Part shown: in pieces, positions 19,581 to 29,279 of the stretch | How the letters are laid out: every line of letters begins with the position of its first letter | Numbering within the stretch: the first letter of the stretch is position 1 | Assembly (NCBI GenBank): GCA_965222075.1 | Contig: OZ244937.1 | Coordinates: 3,840,001 to 3,904,000 of the forward strand | Direction of reading: 5' to 3' | DNA: 64,000 nt | Source: Candidatus Latescibacterota bacterium | GTDB taxonomy: Bacteria; Latescibacterota; UBA2968; GCA-2709665 | Made by a program: the position numbers and the translations under genes | Notes under the pieces: generated by a model | The model's database searches: none | Told to the model about the DNA's origin: nothing | Seen by the model: the letters and a program-made list of their open reading frames with translations, nothing else

Positions 19581-19830
19581 ACCCCCCTTGAAAAGGGGCT
19601 TATATATTTAGAAGCAACTGACCCTGACGCTTCGCTTCAGGGTTATGAATGAGAGAAACTTGCTTTCAGACGGTTTTATAGCGCAAATAAGCACCATATA
19701 TATTGTGCCAAATTCATTATGTGACACAATATGTGCTAAATTACTCAGGAGAAAAGAAAACGAAGCAGGCAGGAAGTCAAGAAGACGGGTCCCAAGCTAC
19801 CACAGCAAGACGGGACCCTTTGAGTTGATC

Positions 19831-20211
19831 TCAGGGCATTTCAAAAAACTTTATTACCTTGGGATCAGCATAAGGCGAGTCTAAAAGCCCCTGTTGAACG
19901 CGTTGAAGCACGGCAGGTTTTAGGCGTTCTATGCCTACTCGATCACCGTTACGAAAAGCAACCTCGGCGTTACTATGCGCCAATATCCCTGCGTTGTAGT
20001 AATTAACCACGGACTCGTGTTTTATAAAAGAGTGATCGCCAGGATTCAGGATTGTCGTGGTATCACTGTTATCACGTAGTGATGTAACATTGACGAGAAT
20101 AAGTTCATACTTATCACCTTTGGGATCACACAATACAATATAGAGATGCCTTCTCTCCCCGTCGTAATGGCCGTCGTGAAGAATCGCAGTGTCCCCCGCG
20201 GATAACGGCAT
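19831..20211 (-). CDS. Putative toxin, PemK/MazF-like hypothetical protein
   Basis: GD..HLYIVL..VNVTS..D...L.PGDH.F..ES pattern; 5 bp downstream of the Panacea gene; low GC. Confidence 0.55.
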   Translation of the reverse strand: MPLSAGDTAILHDGHYDGERRHLYIVLCDPKGDKYELILVNVTSLRDNSDTTTILNPGDHSFIKHESVVNYYNAGILAHSNAEVAFRNGDRVGIERLKPAVLQRVQQGLLDSPYADPKVIKFFEMP

Positions 20212-20216
20212 ACCAA

Positions 20217-20771
20217 CTACCTACAAAGCTGTTCAGCAAAGGCCTGCACACTTAGATCCTCACAAATACCGTCAAATTCCTCTTGGTTTTTCAAAACCGC
20301 CTGGAGTATGCTTTCGATGGAGATCGGCAGAGAACCCCCATCGGGATCTTGGTACTCTGGGAAATTGTGAGTGATGCTCTGGAGTTCTTTAAAACTTAAA
20401 CGACCGTAATCCTCAAAAACTTCCTCTGCAAGGTCTCTCTCTGCCCTTGAGAGATTTCCCAAATCAGGATCATTTTTGACCAAACACACACAATGCTCTT
20501 CTTCACACCCGGAAAAATGCTCGTCCCAAAGCGGATTATGTGTTTCGCCTTTGATCAGGTCATAGGTCTGACTTACAACAGGACCGTAAGGTAGCGACAC
20601 ATAGTCGTCGAACGTGACAGCACGTCCCCAACGCTTAAATCCTTCTCTGTCAAGGATATAAAGCAACTTGATCAGGATATATTTATCAATCCTGCCCTTT
20701 GCCATCTGGAGAAAATAAGCAACCATCTGGCAGGTTTTCTCGAATTTGAATTTGGGTCTCTGTAATATCAT
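20217..20771 (-). CDS. Panacea (DUF4065/SocA/GepA-like) antitoxin
   Basis: LIKLLYILDRE..G..VT.DDY..LPYGPV, TH..PEY motifs. Confidence 0.85.
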   Translation of the reverse strand: MILQRPKFKFEKTCQMVAYFLQMAKGRIDKYILIKLLYILDREGFKRWGRAVTFDDYVSLPYGPVVSQTYDLIKGETHNPLWDEHFSGCEEEHCVCLVKNDPDLGNLSRAERDLAEEVFEDYGRLSFKELQSITHNFPEYQDPDGGSLPISIESILQAVLKNQEEFDGICEDLSVQAFAEQLCR

Positions 20772-20916
20772 CGCAAATCTCCTTTTTTAGTCCATTCCGT
20801 TGATCAAACTCCGTAGGTTGGCCGCAAGTTTGTCAACGCCGAACCAGTTCACATCGTTTTCCGGCCAATCCAAATCATTGAGAAGCGATGTGCGGGCTTT
20901 TTCCCCTGTACTTCTG

Positions 20917-22791
20917 TTACTCAAGCACTGGACTACCCTCTTTCAACGCTTCCAGGATCTGCCCCGCCAGCTTCGGCCCGATCCCCCCCACCGCCGCGAC
21001 CTCCTCTACCCCGGCTTCCCGGATCCGAGCCACCGACCCGAAGTGGAGCAGCAACGCCTTCCGCCGCGCCGGCCCCACCCCACCCACTGCATCCAGCTCC
21101 GACCTCAGCGTCCGCTTGCTGCGCAGCTTCCGGTGATAGGCCACCGCAAACCGGTGCGACTCGTCCCGAACCGCCTGCAACAACCGAATGGACGACGACG
21201 TCTTCGGAATATTCTGTGCGTCCGAACACCCCGGCAGGAACACCTCCTCCAGGCGTTTGGCCAGCCCGACCACCGGCTGTTCTTTGATCCCCAACCCCCC
21301 CAGCGCCGCCACCGCACTGGAAAGCTGCCCCTTCCCCCCGTCAATCAGCAGCAGGTCGGGAAAAGCCCGGCCCTCCTCCATCAACCGCTTGAACCGCCGG
21401 GTGACGGCCTGCTGCATCATCGCAAAATCGTTCGGCCCCTCAACCCCGGTGATCTTGAAGCGCCGGTACTCCGACTTCCGGGGGCGGCCATCCACGAAAC
21501 AGACCAGCGACGCGGCCGCATCGGTCCCCTGAATATTGGAAATATCCATCGCCTCAATCCGCCGGGGCGGGCGCTCTAAGCGCAGGTCCCGCTGCAGCGC
21601 CGCAATCGCCGCCGGCACCTGCGCCTTTCGGTTCTCCCGCTTCAGCCGCCGCTCGCACAACAGCAGGGCGGCGTTGTTCCGTGCCATCTTCAACAGGCGC
21701 GCCTTATCGCCCCGCTGGGGCATCCGGATCTCCACAAGCCCCTCCGACCGTTCCCGCAGCCAGTCTAAGACCGTCTCCCGGTCCTGGATGTCGCAGGGCA
21801 GACAGATCTCCTTTGGCACAAACGACGCATTCAGATAAAACAACTGCACAAACCTCGAAACCACTTCCTCCACCGGCGCATCCAGTACCCCGCCCATAAA
21901 ATAGTGCTGCCGGCCGATCAGCCGCCCCTCGCGCACCTCCATCACCACCCCGCATGCCTCGTCGTCCTCCCGGGCCAGAGCGATCGTATCCCAATCCGTC
22001 TGCTCCATCGAAACCACCTTCTGGCGGCTCACCGTCTGCTCCAGCGCCTGCAGCCGGTCCCGGTAAACCGCCGCCGCCTCAAATTTCAGCGCCTCCGCCG
22101 CCTGCCGCATCCGGTCCTTCAACGCAACCACCACCTGCGTGTGCCGTCCGGTCAGAAACAGCATCGCCTCATCCACGATCACCCTGTAGTCTTCCTCCGA
22201 AATCAACCCCTCACAGGGACCGTCACACCGCTTGATCTCGTAATCCAGACAAACCCGCACATTGTCGCAGGGCAGAGCATAGTCGCAGCTTCGGATCCGG
22301 AACAGCCGGTGCATCGTATCCACCGTCCGGCGCATCGCCTTCACATCCGTATAAGGCCCCAGGTAGCGCGACCCGTCCTTCACCACGTCCCGCGTGACGA
22401 TAATCCGGGGAAACGGCTCATTTGTAATCCTGATAAACGGATACTTCTTGTCGTCCTTCAGGCTGATATTGTATCTCGGCTTGTGGGTCTTAATCAGGTT
22501 CGCCTCTAAAATCAGCGCCTCCAACTCCGTATCGGCCACGATATATTCCACATCCCGAACGCTTCTCACAAGCGCCCGGAACTGCCGCCTCCCGTCGTGC
22601 GCATGGGGGCGGAAATAGGACTGTACCCGGCCCCGCAGGGACTTGGCCTTGCCAATATAGACGATCTGCCCGTCCGCATTCTTCATCAGGTACACCCCGG
22701 GCTCTTTGGGCAGGTGGTCCAGCGCCTCCTTAAGCTGCTCGCCGGCCTCCCGCGGACCTGCCCGCGCCCGGTCTGCCAATAGAGAATCCAC
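20917..22791 (-). CDS. uvrC: Excinuclease ABC subunit C
   Basis: PGVYLM..YIGKAK.LR.RV.SYF, DISNIQG, LIDGGKGQL, RDESHRFA, HhH motifs. Confidence 0.97.
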   Translation of the reverse strand: MDSLLADRARAGPREAGEQLKEALDHLPKEPGVYLMKNADGQIVYIGKAKSLRGRVQSYFRPHAHDGRRQFRALVRSVRDVEYIVADTELEALILEANLIKTHKPRYNISLKDDKKYPFIRITNEPFPRIIVTRDVVKDGSRYLGPYTDVKAMRRTVDTMHRLFRIRSCDYALPCDNVRVCLDYEIKRCDGPCEGLISEEDYRVIVDEAMLFLTGRHTQVVVALKDRMRQAAEALKFEAAAVYRDRLQALEQTVSRQKVVSMEQTDWDTIALAREDDEACGVVMEVREGRLIGRQHYFMGGVLDAPVEEVVSRFVQLFYLNASFVPKEICLPCDIQDRETVLDWLRERSEGLVEIRMPQRGDKARLLKMARNNAALLLCERRLKRENRKAQVPAAIAALQRDLRLERPPRRIEAMDISNIQGTDAAASLVCFVDGRPRKSEYRRFKITGVEGPNDFAMMQQAVTRRFKRLMEEGRAFPDLLLIDGGKGQLSSAVAALGGLGIKEQPVVGLAKRLEEVFLPGCSDAQNIPKTSSSIRLLQAVRDESHRFAVAYHRKLRSKRTLRSELDAVGGVGPARRKALLLHFGSVARIREAGVEEVAAVGGIGPKLAGQILEALKEGSPVLE

Positions 22792-22806
22792 CGTCCATTC
22801 CCCTTC

Positions 22807-23301
22807 TCACAGGTCCACAACCTCAACCGCCATCGTCGTCAGATCCAGCACCCCCACCGTCGCCCGGCCGGTCACCCAGCCTCCGGCCTCTCCGGGGTTG
22901 ACCACCAGCGTCTTCCCGGGCCGAATGTCGATCTCGTGCGTGTGCCCGTAGACAATCGCATCGTATGCCCCGCTCGCGGCCAGGGCATCCACCTCGTCCG
23001 GTTCGTGCAGCATCAGCACCCGTTTCCCCCCGTATTCAAACGCATGGGGCGCCCGATGAATCGGTCCGATGGGCTCAAACTGCGCCCGCAGCCCGAACCG
23101 CTCTCCGTCGTTATTTCCGAACACCCCGATCATGGGCGCCTCTAAGGCCGCCATCCAGCGCGCGTTAAACGGCGCAATATAGTCCCCCCCGTGCAGGACC
23201 AGCCCCACCTGCCGGGCGTTGAACAGAGCCACCGCCACCTCCACCGAATCCCTGTTGTCATGCGTATCGGTAATCAGCCCGATCAGATGCGCTTTTCCCA
23301 T
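22807..23301 (-). CDS. Metallophosphoesterase (YfcE/MJ0936 family)
   Basis: DTHDN, HGGD, GNND, GHTH, NPGE. Confidence 0.92.
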   Translation of the reverse strand: MGKAHLIGLITDTHDNRDSVEVAVALFNARQVGLVLHGGDYIAPFNARWMAALEAPMIGVFGNNDGERFGLRAQFEPIGPIHRAPHAFEYGGKRVLMLHEPDEVDALAASGAYDAIVYGHTHEIDIRPGKTLVVNPGEAGGWVTGRATVGVLDLTTMAVEVVDL

Positions 23302-23596
23302 GGCCGTCCCCCTTTGCGTAGATCTTTCCCCGTCGGTCTTTCAAACCAGCCCCGACGCAAAATTCGGCGCCTGTATCCTGACTTACCATAAGGAATAAAC
23401 AGGAACCTTGCGCTACAACCTTCAAAAACTTAACCGCCTCCCTCTGCTTTGTCAACCGAAACCCTTTCTCCGGGAAAAAAGAGTATCCATAAAAAGGCAA
23501 AAAGCGTATCTTTACAACGTTACACGGTGTTTCTGCGATTTTATCTATGTACGCCATGTGTGGTTGCTGATCACAAAAAACCAGGAGATCCCTGTT

Positions 23597-24475
23597 TTGT
23601 CCCGCTTAAAAATCGGCCTCCCTTCCGGAAGCCTTCAGGAATCCACCCTCGACCTCTTTGCCAAAGCCGGCTACCGTATCCGGACAAACGCCCGTTCGTA
23701 TACCCCCTCCATCGACGATACCGAACTGGAGGGGCTCTTCCTGCGGGCGCAGGAGATCGCCCACTACGTGGAACGAGGGGTGCTTGATGTGGGCCTCACC
23801 GGCATAGACTGGATTCTCGAAAACGACGCGGATGTCGTTGAAATCTGCGAACTTCGATACAGCAAAACTACAACCCGGCCTGCCCACTGGGTGATTGCCG
23901 TACCGGAGGATTCTCTCATTCGGTCCGTACAGGACCTCCAGGGCAAGCGCATTGCCACAGAACTGGTCAACACCACCCGAAAATACCTCCGGGAGAGGGG
24001 GGTGGAGGCCGAAGTCGAATACTCCTGGGGCTCCACCGAGGCCAAGGTCCGCGTCCCCGGCCTGGTAGACGCCATTGCCGAGATTACGGAGACCGGCTCC
24101 TCCCTGCGTGCGAACAAACTTCGTATCGTGGAGACGATATCCGAGACAACCACCCGGTTCATCGCCAACAAACAGGCCTGGAACAACCCCTGGAAGCGGG
24201 AGAAGGCCCAGAACATCGCCACCCTCCTCGTCGGCGCCTTCCAGGCCGAAGACAAGGTCGGCATCAAAATGAACGTGCCCAGAAACAACCTGAATGCCGT
24301 CGTCGAACACCTCCCCGCGCTCAACAACCCGACCATCTCCAACCTCCTCGACGGGGATTGGGTCGCCATCGAGGTCGTCGTGGACGAAAAGGTCGTGCGC
24401 GATATCATCCCCCATCTCAAAAAAGCAGGCGCCGAAGGCATCATCGAATATCCCTTGAACAAGGTGATCTACTGA
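23597..24475 (+). CDS. hisG: ATP phosphoribosyltransferase (long form)
   Basis: [34 protein letters not shown]-terminal regulatory domain; TTG start after AGGAG. Confidence 0.95.
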   Translation: MSRLKIGLPSGSLQESTLDLFAKAGYRIRTNARSYTPSIDDTELEGLFLRAQEIAHYVERGVLDVGLTGIDWILENDADVVEICELRYSKTTTRPAHWVIAVPEDSLIRSVQDLQGKRIATELVNTTRKYLRERGVEAEVEYSWGSTEAKVRVPGLVDAIAEITETGSSLRANKLRIVETISETTTRFIANKQAWNNPWKREKAQNIATLLVGAFQAEDKVGIKMNVPRNNLNAVVEHLPALNNPTISNLLDGDWVAIEVVVDEKVVRDIIPHLKKAGAEGIIEYPLNKVIY

Positions 24476-24523
24476 CCGTCTCCCGAAGCGCCTGCTGCGG
24501 GAATTCAGATCGGAACAGAACGA

Positions 24524-25819
24524 ATGATCCAGATGATCTTCTATGGTTCGGACACCGAATCCAAAAAACTCAACGCCATCCTCTCACGCAGCACCGACTT
24601 CACGCCCGAGCTTGAGGCCGCCGTTCGGGAGATCGTCACCCATGTGCGGGACCGGGGCGACGAAGCCCTCCTGGAATATACCCGCACATTCGACCGGGCC
24701 GACCTCACCGTCGACGATCTCCGGGTGCCCGAAGCCCACATCGAATCGGCCTACCGCAGCGCCGATCCGAACCTGATCGAAGCCCTCCAGGCCGCAGCGG
24801 CCAACATCCGCCGCTTCCACGAGACCCAGCAGCAGACCTCCTGGTTCATCGAAGACGGCGACGGCGTCGTCCTGGGCAAGCGCGTCCTCCCCATCGAACG
24901 CGCCGCCCTCCTGATTCCAGGCGCCAGCGCGCCCCTCTTCTCCACCCTTCTCATGGCCGTCATTCCCGCTCAGATCGCCGGTGTGCCCAACCTCTGCATA
25001 GCCACCCCCCCCCGACCCGATGGCTCCGTGCATCCCACCGTCCTGGCCGCGGCCCACACCGTGGGGGTAAGCGAAATCTACCGGGTCTTCGGCGCCCAGG
25101 CCGTCGCCGCCTTCGCCTTTGGCACAACAAGCCTGCCCCGGGTCGATAAACTCGTTGGCCCCGGACACCCTTCGGTCCAGATCGCCAAGAAAATGGTCTT
25201 TGGCAGCGTTGACATCGACATGATCGCCGGCCCCAGCGAAATCGTGGTCTTGGCCGATGAAACCGCCGACCCCCGCCACGTGGCCGCCGACCTCCTCTCC
25301 CAGGCCGAACACGGCAGCGGCTTCGAGGCCGCCGTCTGCATCACCCCCTCGGCCGACCTCGCAGAGAGGGTCGCGGCCGAAATCCAACGTCAGACCGTCA
25401 ACCTGACCCACCAGGAGGCAATTCAAAAGGCCCTGGACAACTTTGGAGCGGTGGTGGTGGTCAAAGACCTTGCCGAGGGCATTGCCCTGGCCAACCGGAT
25501 TGCTCCGGAACACATCGAACTCATCGTGGCCGATCCCTGGGCATGCCTCCACGCGGTCAAAAACGCCGGGGCGGTCTTCCTGGGGTCGGCCTCACCCGAA
25601 CCGGTCGGCGATTACTACGCCGGCACAAACCACATCTTGCCCACGGCCGGCGCGGCCCGGTTTGCCTCTTCTGTGGGCGTCGAAACCTTTCTCAAAACCG
25701 TCAGCATCGTGTCCTACACCAACCGCCGCCTTCGACACACCGCCGGACACATCATCCGCCTGGCCGAAGCCGAAGGTCTCGATGCCCACGCCAACGCCAT
25801 CCGGGTGCGACAGCAGTAG
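24524..25819 (+). CDS. hisD: Histidinol dehydrogenase
   Basis: GAQAVAA.A.GT, IDMIAGPSE, DLLSQAEH, APEH, GDY.AG.NH.LPT. Confidence 0.96.
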   Translation: MIQMIFYGSDTESKKLNAILSRSTDFTPELEAAVREIVTHVRDRGDEALLEYTRTFDRADLTVDDLRVPEAHIESAYRSADPNLIEALQAAAANIRRFHETQQQTSWFIEDGDGVVLGKRVLPIERAALLIPGASAPLFSTLLMAVIPAQIAGVPNLCIATPPRPDGSVHPTVLAAAHTVGVSEIYRVFGAQAVAAFAFGTTSLPRVDKLVGPGHPSVQIAKKMVFGSVDIDMIAGPSEIVVLADETADPRHVAADLLSQAEHGSGFEAAVCITPSADLAERVAAEIQRQTVNLTHQEAIQKALDNFGAVVVVKDLAEGIALANRIAPEHIELIVADPWACLHAVKNAGAVFLGSASPEPVGDYYAGTNHILPTAGAARFASSVGVETFLKTVSIVSYTNRRLRHTAGHIIRLAEAEGLDAHANAIRVRQQ

Positions 25820-25847
25820 CCAACTCCATTATCGCGAGAACGCCCCC

Positions 25848-26912
25848 TTGAAAACGCCCCCTCTCCAAAGAATCAAGCCCGAAGTCCGGGCGATCCACGG
25901 CTACCACCTCAAAACCTACGACTGTCCGGTAAAACTCAACCAGAACGAAAGCCCCTTCGACGTTCCCGATAAACTCAAAGCAGAGATCCTCAAAACCGTG
26001 GGAGAGCGCCCCTGGTCTCGGTACCTCCAACCGATGCCCACCGACCTGGTCGAGGCGCTTGCCCGGCACGTCGGCTGGCCCCCGGAAGGCCTGATTGTCT
26101 GCAACGGCGCCAACACGCTGGTCCAGCTCGTCCTCGCCGTCAGCACCAGCCCGGGCGTCCCGATCGTGATTCCATCGCCCAGCTTCTCTCTCTACGGCCT
26201 CTATGCCAGCATCTTCAGCGGCCGGGTCGTGCCGGTGGACCCCATGCCCGACCACACCTTCAACCTCCCGGCTATCCGCGAGGCAATCCATCGGGAACAG
26301 GCGCATACGGTTATCCTCTGCTCCCCAAACAACCCCACCGGCTGTACCGTATCCAATCCGGATCTGGAAGCCCTGTTGAAGAAAACCGATGCCCTGGTCA
26401 TCGTTGACGAGGCCTACGGAGAATTCAGCAGCAGCACCGCCCTCGACCTCCTGCCCCGCCACCCCAACCTGATCGTGCTCAAAACCCTCTCCAAAGCCTT
26501 CGGCGCGGCCGGCATCCGCATCGGCTACCTCCTCGCCCACCCCAACCTGGTTCGGGAGGTCATCAAAGGAAAAATTCCATTCGACATTAACGTGTTCTCC
26601 CACACAGCCGCATTGACCCTCATAAATCGTTCGGACCTCTTCCAGGAACGCGTGGCCGCTATATGTGCCGAACGGGAGCGGGTCTTTGGCGCGCTTCAAA
26701 AGATCGACCTCGTGTGTCCCTATGCTTCACACGCCAACTTCATCCTTTTTGAGGTTGACGATGCCGATGCCGTCTTCAACGGTCTGATCGAACAGGGCGT
26801 CCTCGTCCGTAACCTCGCCGGCTATCCCGGGCTTTCAAAAGCCCTCCGGGTCAGCATCGGTACCCCGCAGGAGAACGCGTGTTTCTTGAATGCCCTTCGG
26901 GAAGTCGTCTAA
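25848..26912 (+). CDS. hisC: Histidinol-phosphate aminotransferase
   Basis: KLNQNESP, CSPNNPTG, VDEAY, TLSKAFG.AG.RIGY. Confidence 0.94.
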   Translation: MKTPPLQRIKPEVRAIHGYHLKTYDCPVKLNQNESPFDVPDKLKAEILKTVGERPWSRYLQPMPTDLVEALARHVGWPPEGLIVCNGANTLVQLVLAVSTSPGVPIVIPSPSFSLYGLYASIFSGRVVPVDPMPDHTFNLPAIREAIHREQAHTVILCSPNNPTGCTVSNPDLEALLKKTDALVIVDEAYGEFSSSTALDLLPRHPNLIVLKTLSKAFGAAGIRIGYLLAHPNLVREVIKGKIPFDINVFSHTAALTLINRSDLFQERVAAICAERERVFGALQKIDLVCPYASHANFILFEVDDADAVFNGLIEQGVLVRNLAGYPGLSKALRVSIGTPQENACFLNALREVV

Positions 26913-26968
26913 AATATCGCCATACCGAATATTGGAAAATCCTCAACCAACGGGAGTCCCACCAGACC

Positions 26969-27562
26969 ATGTCCAACCTCCGCACCGCCCGCATCCAGCG
27001 CAGAACCTCCGAAACCGACATCGACCTCTCCCTGGTCCTCGACGGTTCCGGAACCTGCCAAACCGAAACCGGCATCGGCTTCTTCGACCACATGCTCACC
27101 GCCCTTGCCCGGCACGGCCTCTTCGACCTGAAAGTCGCCTGCAGGGGCGACCTCGACATCGATGCCCACCACACCGTCGAAGATGTCGGCATCTGCCTGG
27201 GCCAGGCCCTCGCCCAGGCCCTTGGAGACCGGGCCGGCATCGCCCGGTTCGGATCAAGCTGCGTCCCTATGGACGAGGCCCTCGCCCGTGCGGTTGCGGA
27301 CCTCTCCGGCCGCCCGTATCTCGTTTACAACGCCGCCTTCTCACAGGAGATGATCGGCGCCTTCCCAACCGCCCTGGGCGCCGAGTTCTTTCGGTCGGTC
27401 GCCGACCATGCGCGGATCAACCTCCACATCGACCTTCTCCGGGGCGAAAACGCCCACCACGGCGTGGAAGCCATCTTCAAAGCCGTCGCCCGCGCCCTCC
27501 GCCAGGCCTCGGAACACGACCCCCGGGTCGTGGGCGTACCCTCGACCAAAGGCGTGCTTTAG
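26969..27562 (+). CDS. hisB: Imidazoleglycerol-phosphate dehydratase
   Basis: TGIGFFDHML, DAHHTVED, PMDEAL, NAHH..EA.FKA, PSTKG. Confidence 0.97.
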   Translation: MSNLRTARIQRRTSETDIDLSLVLDGSGTCQTETGIGFFDHMLTALARHGLFDLKVACRGDLDIDAHHTVEDVGICLGQALAQALGDRAGIARFGSSCVPMDEALARAVADLSGRPYLVYNAAFSQEMIGAFPTALGAEFFRSVADHARINLHIDLLRGENAHHGVEAIFKAVARALRQASEHDPRVVGVPSTKGVL

Positions 27563-27579
27563 AAGCGGCGAAAACAGAC

Positions 27580-28752
27580 GTGAAAATCCTCCATACCATA
27601 TACGACGACGTGGACAACCCCTGGTGCGGAGGGGGGGGCGCCGTTCGGGCGCTCGAAATCAACCGCCGCATGGCCCAACGACACGAGATCACCCTGCTCA
27701 CGGGCAACTACCCCGGCGCCAGCCTCCAGGAGGTCCGCGAGGGCATTCACATCCACCGCATCGGAACAAACCGCAGCTACGCCCTCAGCCGGCTCAGCTA
27801 CAGCCTGCTGCTGCCCCGCTACCTGCGTCGACGGACCTTCGACCTCTGGGTCTACGATTTCTCTGCCTTTGCCCCCGTCCACGCACCGCCATCCCTTCGG
27901 GCGCGGGCGGTCCTGGTCCTCCACCACCTGATGGGAGGACACGCCCTCAGAAAATATTTCGGCGTGGGCCTGCTGGCCTGGGCTGCCGAAGCGGTCAATA
28001 CCCGGCTCTACCCCCGGATCATCACCGTCTCCCCCGGCACCGCATCCCAGGTCAAAAGCCGCGTGGGTCCCAACGTGGGCATCACAACCATTTATAACGG
28101 TGTGGATGCCTCTTGCTTTATCCCGGACATCCCCGACCTGCCTGCGCCGCGTCCGTCGCGGCAGGCAGGAGCGAACTACATCCTCTACTTTGGCCGCCTC
28201 GACATCTACAACAAAGGGATCGACCTCCTGTTGAAGGCCTTCGCCCAAATTGGAGGCGACTACCCCGACGTTCGCCTCATCCTGGCAGGCCGGGGTACGC
28301 AGCAGCGGCAGCGGGAATTGGAATCCCTGTGCGCTGCCCTCAACATAAGGGATCGCGTCGAAGTGACAGGCCCGGTCTCCGAAGCTCGAAAGCGGGAACT
28401 CTTCGGGGGCGCCCTCTTCACCTGTCTGCCTTCCCGCTACGAAGGCTGGGGCATCACGGCCATCGAAGCCGGCGCCGCGGGCAAAGCCGTCATCGGCGCC
28501 GACATTCCCGGCCTGGCCGATGCGATCCGCAAAGACGAAACCGGCCTCCTGGTTGCCCCCGAAAACGTGGACGCCCTGGCCGGTGCGATGCAGCACCTCC
28601 TGGGCGATCCGGAGGCGCGCCGCCGCTTCGGACAGGCCGGACGCGAATGGGCGGGGCGTTTCACCTGGGACCGGATCGCTCTGCAGCAGGAACGGGCCTA
28701 CGAACAGGCCATACGTAAAATATCCAAAAAACAGAGACGGGAATGGGACTGA
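27580..28752 (+). CDS. Glycosyltransferase family 4
   Basis: GGGA, YFGRL..KG.DLL, PSRYEGWG...EA.A.G. Confidence 0.92.
   Translation: MKILHTIYDDVDNPWCGGGGAVRALEINRRMAQRHEITLLTGNYPGASLQEVREGIHIHRIGTNRSYALSRLSYSLLLPRYLRRRTFDLWVYDFSAFAPVHAPPSLRARAVLVLHHLMGGHALRKYFGVGLLAWAAEAVNTRLYPRIITVSPGTASQVKSRVGPNVGITTIYNGVDASCFIPDIPDLPAPRPSRQAGANYILYFGRLDIYNKGIDLLLKAFAQIGGDYPDVRLILAGRGTQQRQRELESLCAALNIRDRVEVTGPVSEARKRELFGGALFTCLPSRYEGWGITAIEAGAAGKAVIGADIPGLADAIRKDETGLLVAPENVDALAGAMQHLLGDPEARRRFGQAGREWAGRFTWDRIALQQERAYEQAIRKISKKQRREWD
28137..28169. repeat. 33-bp palindromic element inside the GT4 gene
   Basis: CCTGCCTGC...GCAGGCAGG ends (8-9 bp inverted repeat), 33 bp, frame-preserving. Confidence 0.75.
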
Positions 28753-29261
28753 TTCAGGCCGTTTACACGTATGCTTTAAAATTGAAAAGCGGCACGGAAT
28801 TTTTGGCTTTCGGAAGGCCCATCGTAAAACACCTGATTCTCATCAACCAGGTGCTGGAACACACCAAAGAAATCTTCTTCATCCTCAGCGAAATCTCCCG
28901 AGCCCTCAAAAAAGGGGGCCTCCTCATCGTGGGCCTGCCCAACCTGGCCACCTGGCACGACCAGCTCCTCCTCCTGTTGGGACAGCAGCCTTCAAGCATG
29001 AGGGTTCTGGGTCCCCACATCCGGGGAATCACCCTCCCCGGCTTCAGAGCATTCGTCGAATGCGAAGGGTTCTTTCGCCTTCTGGAATACCGGGGCAGCG
29101 GCTTCTACCCCTTTTCCGTTCGGCTCAGCAGGCCCCTGGCAAAACAGTTTCCCACCCTCGCCACCTCCCTCTTTTACAAAATCGAAAGGTGCGAAAAACC
29201 GGGTACCTTTATTGACGTCCTCAAAACCCGGCGTTTTCAAACGAACTATCTGATGGGTTAA
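28743..29261 (+). pseudogene. Class I SAM methyltransferase lacking the SAM-binding half (apparent internal deletion)
   Basis: C-terminal NQVLEH..EI.R.LKKGG.L.VG.PN motifs present; no D.G.G.G motif I. Confidence 0.6.
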
Positions 29262-29279
29262 TATGACTGGAGGTACGCT

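Noticed and set aside
19645-19884. 79-aa ORF in the Panacea islet as a third component
   Set aside because: No RBS or motif, convergent overlap with the toxin candidate, and it starts in a hairpin repeat.
26890-27579. N-terminal 230 aa of the 620-aa ORF as a fusion to the glycosyltransferase
   Set aside because: It is an Arg/Pro-rich shadow frame over hisB; the GT4 fold starts at GTG 27580.
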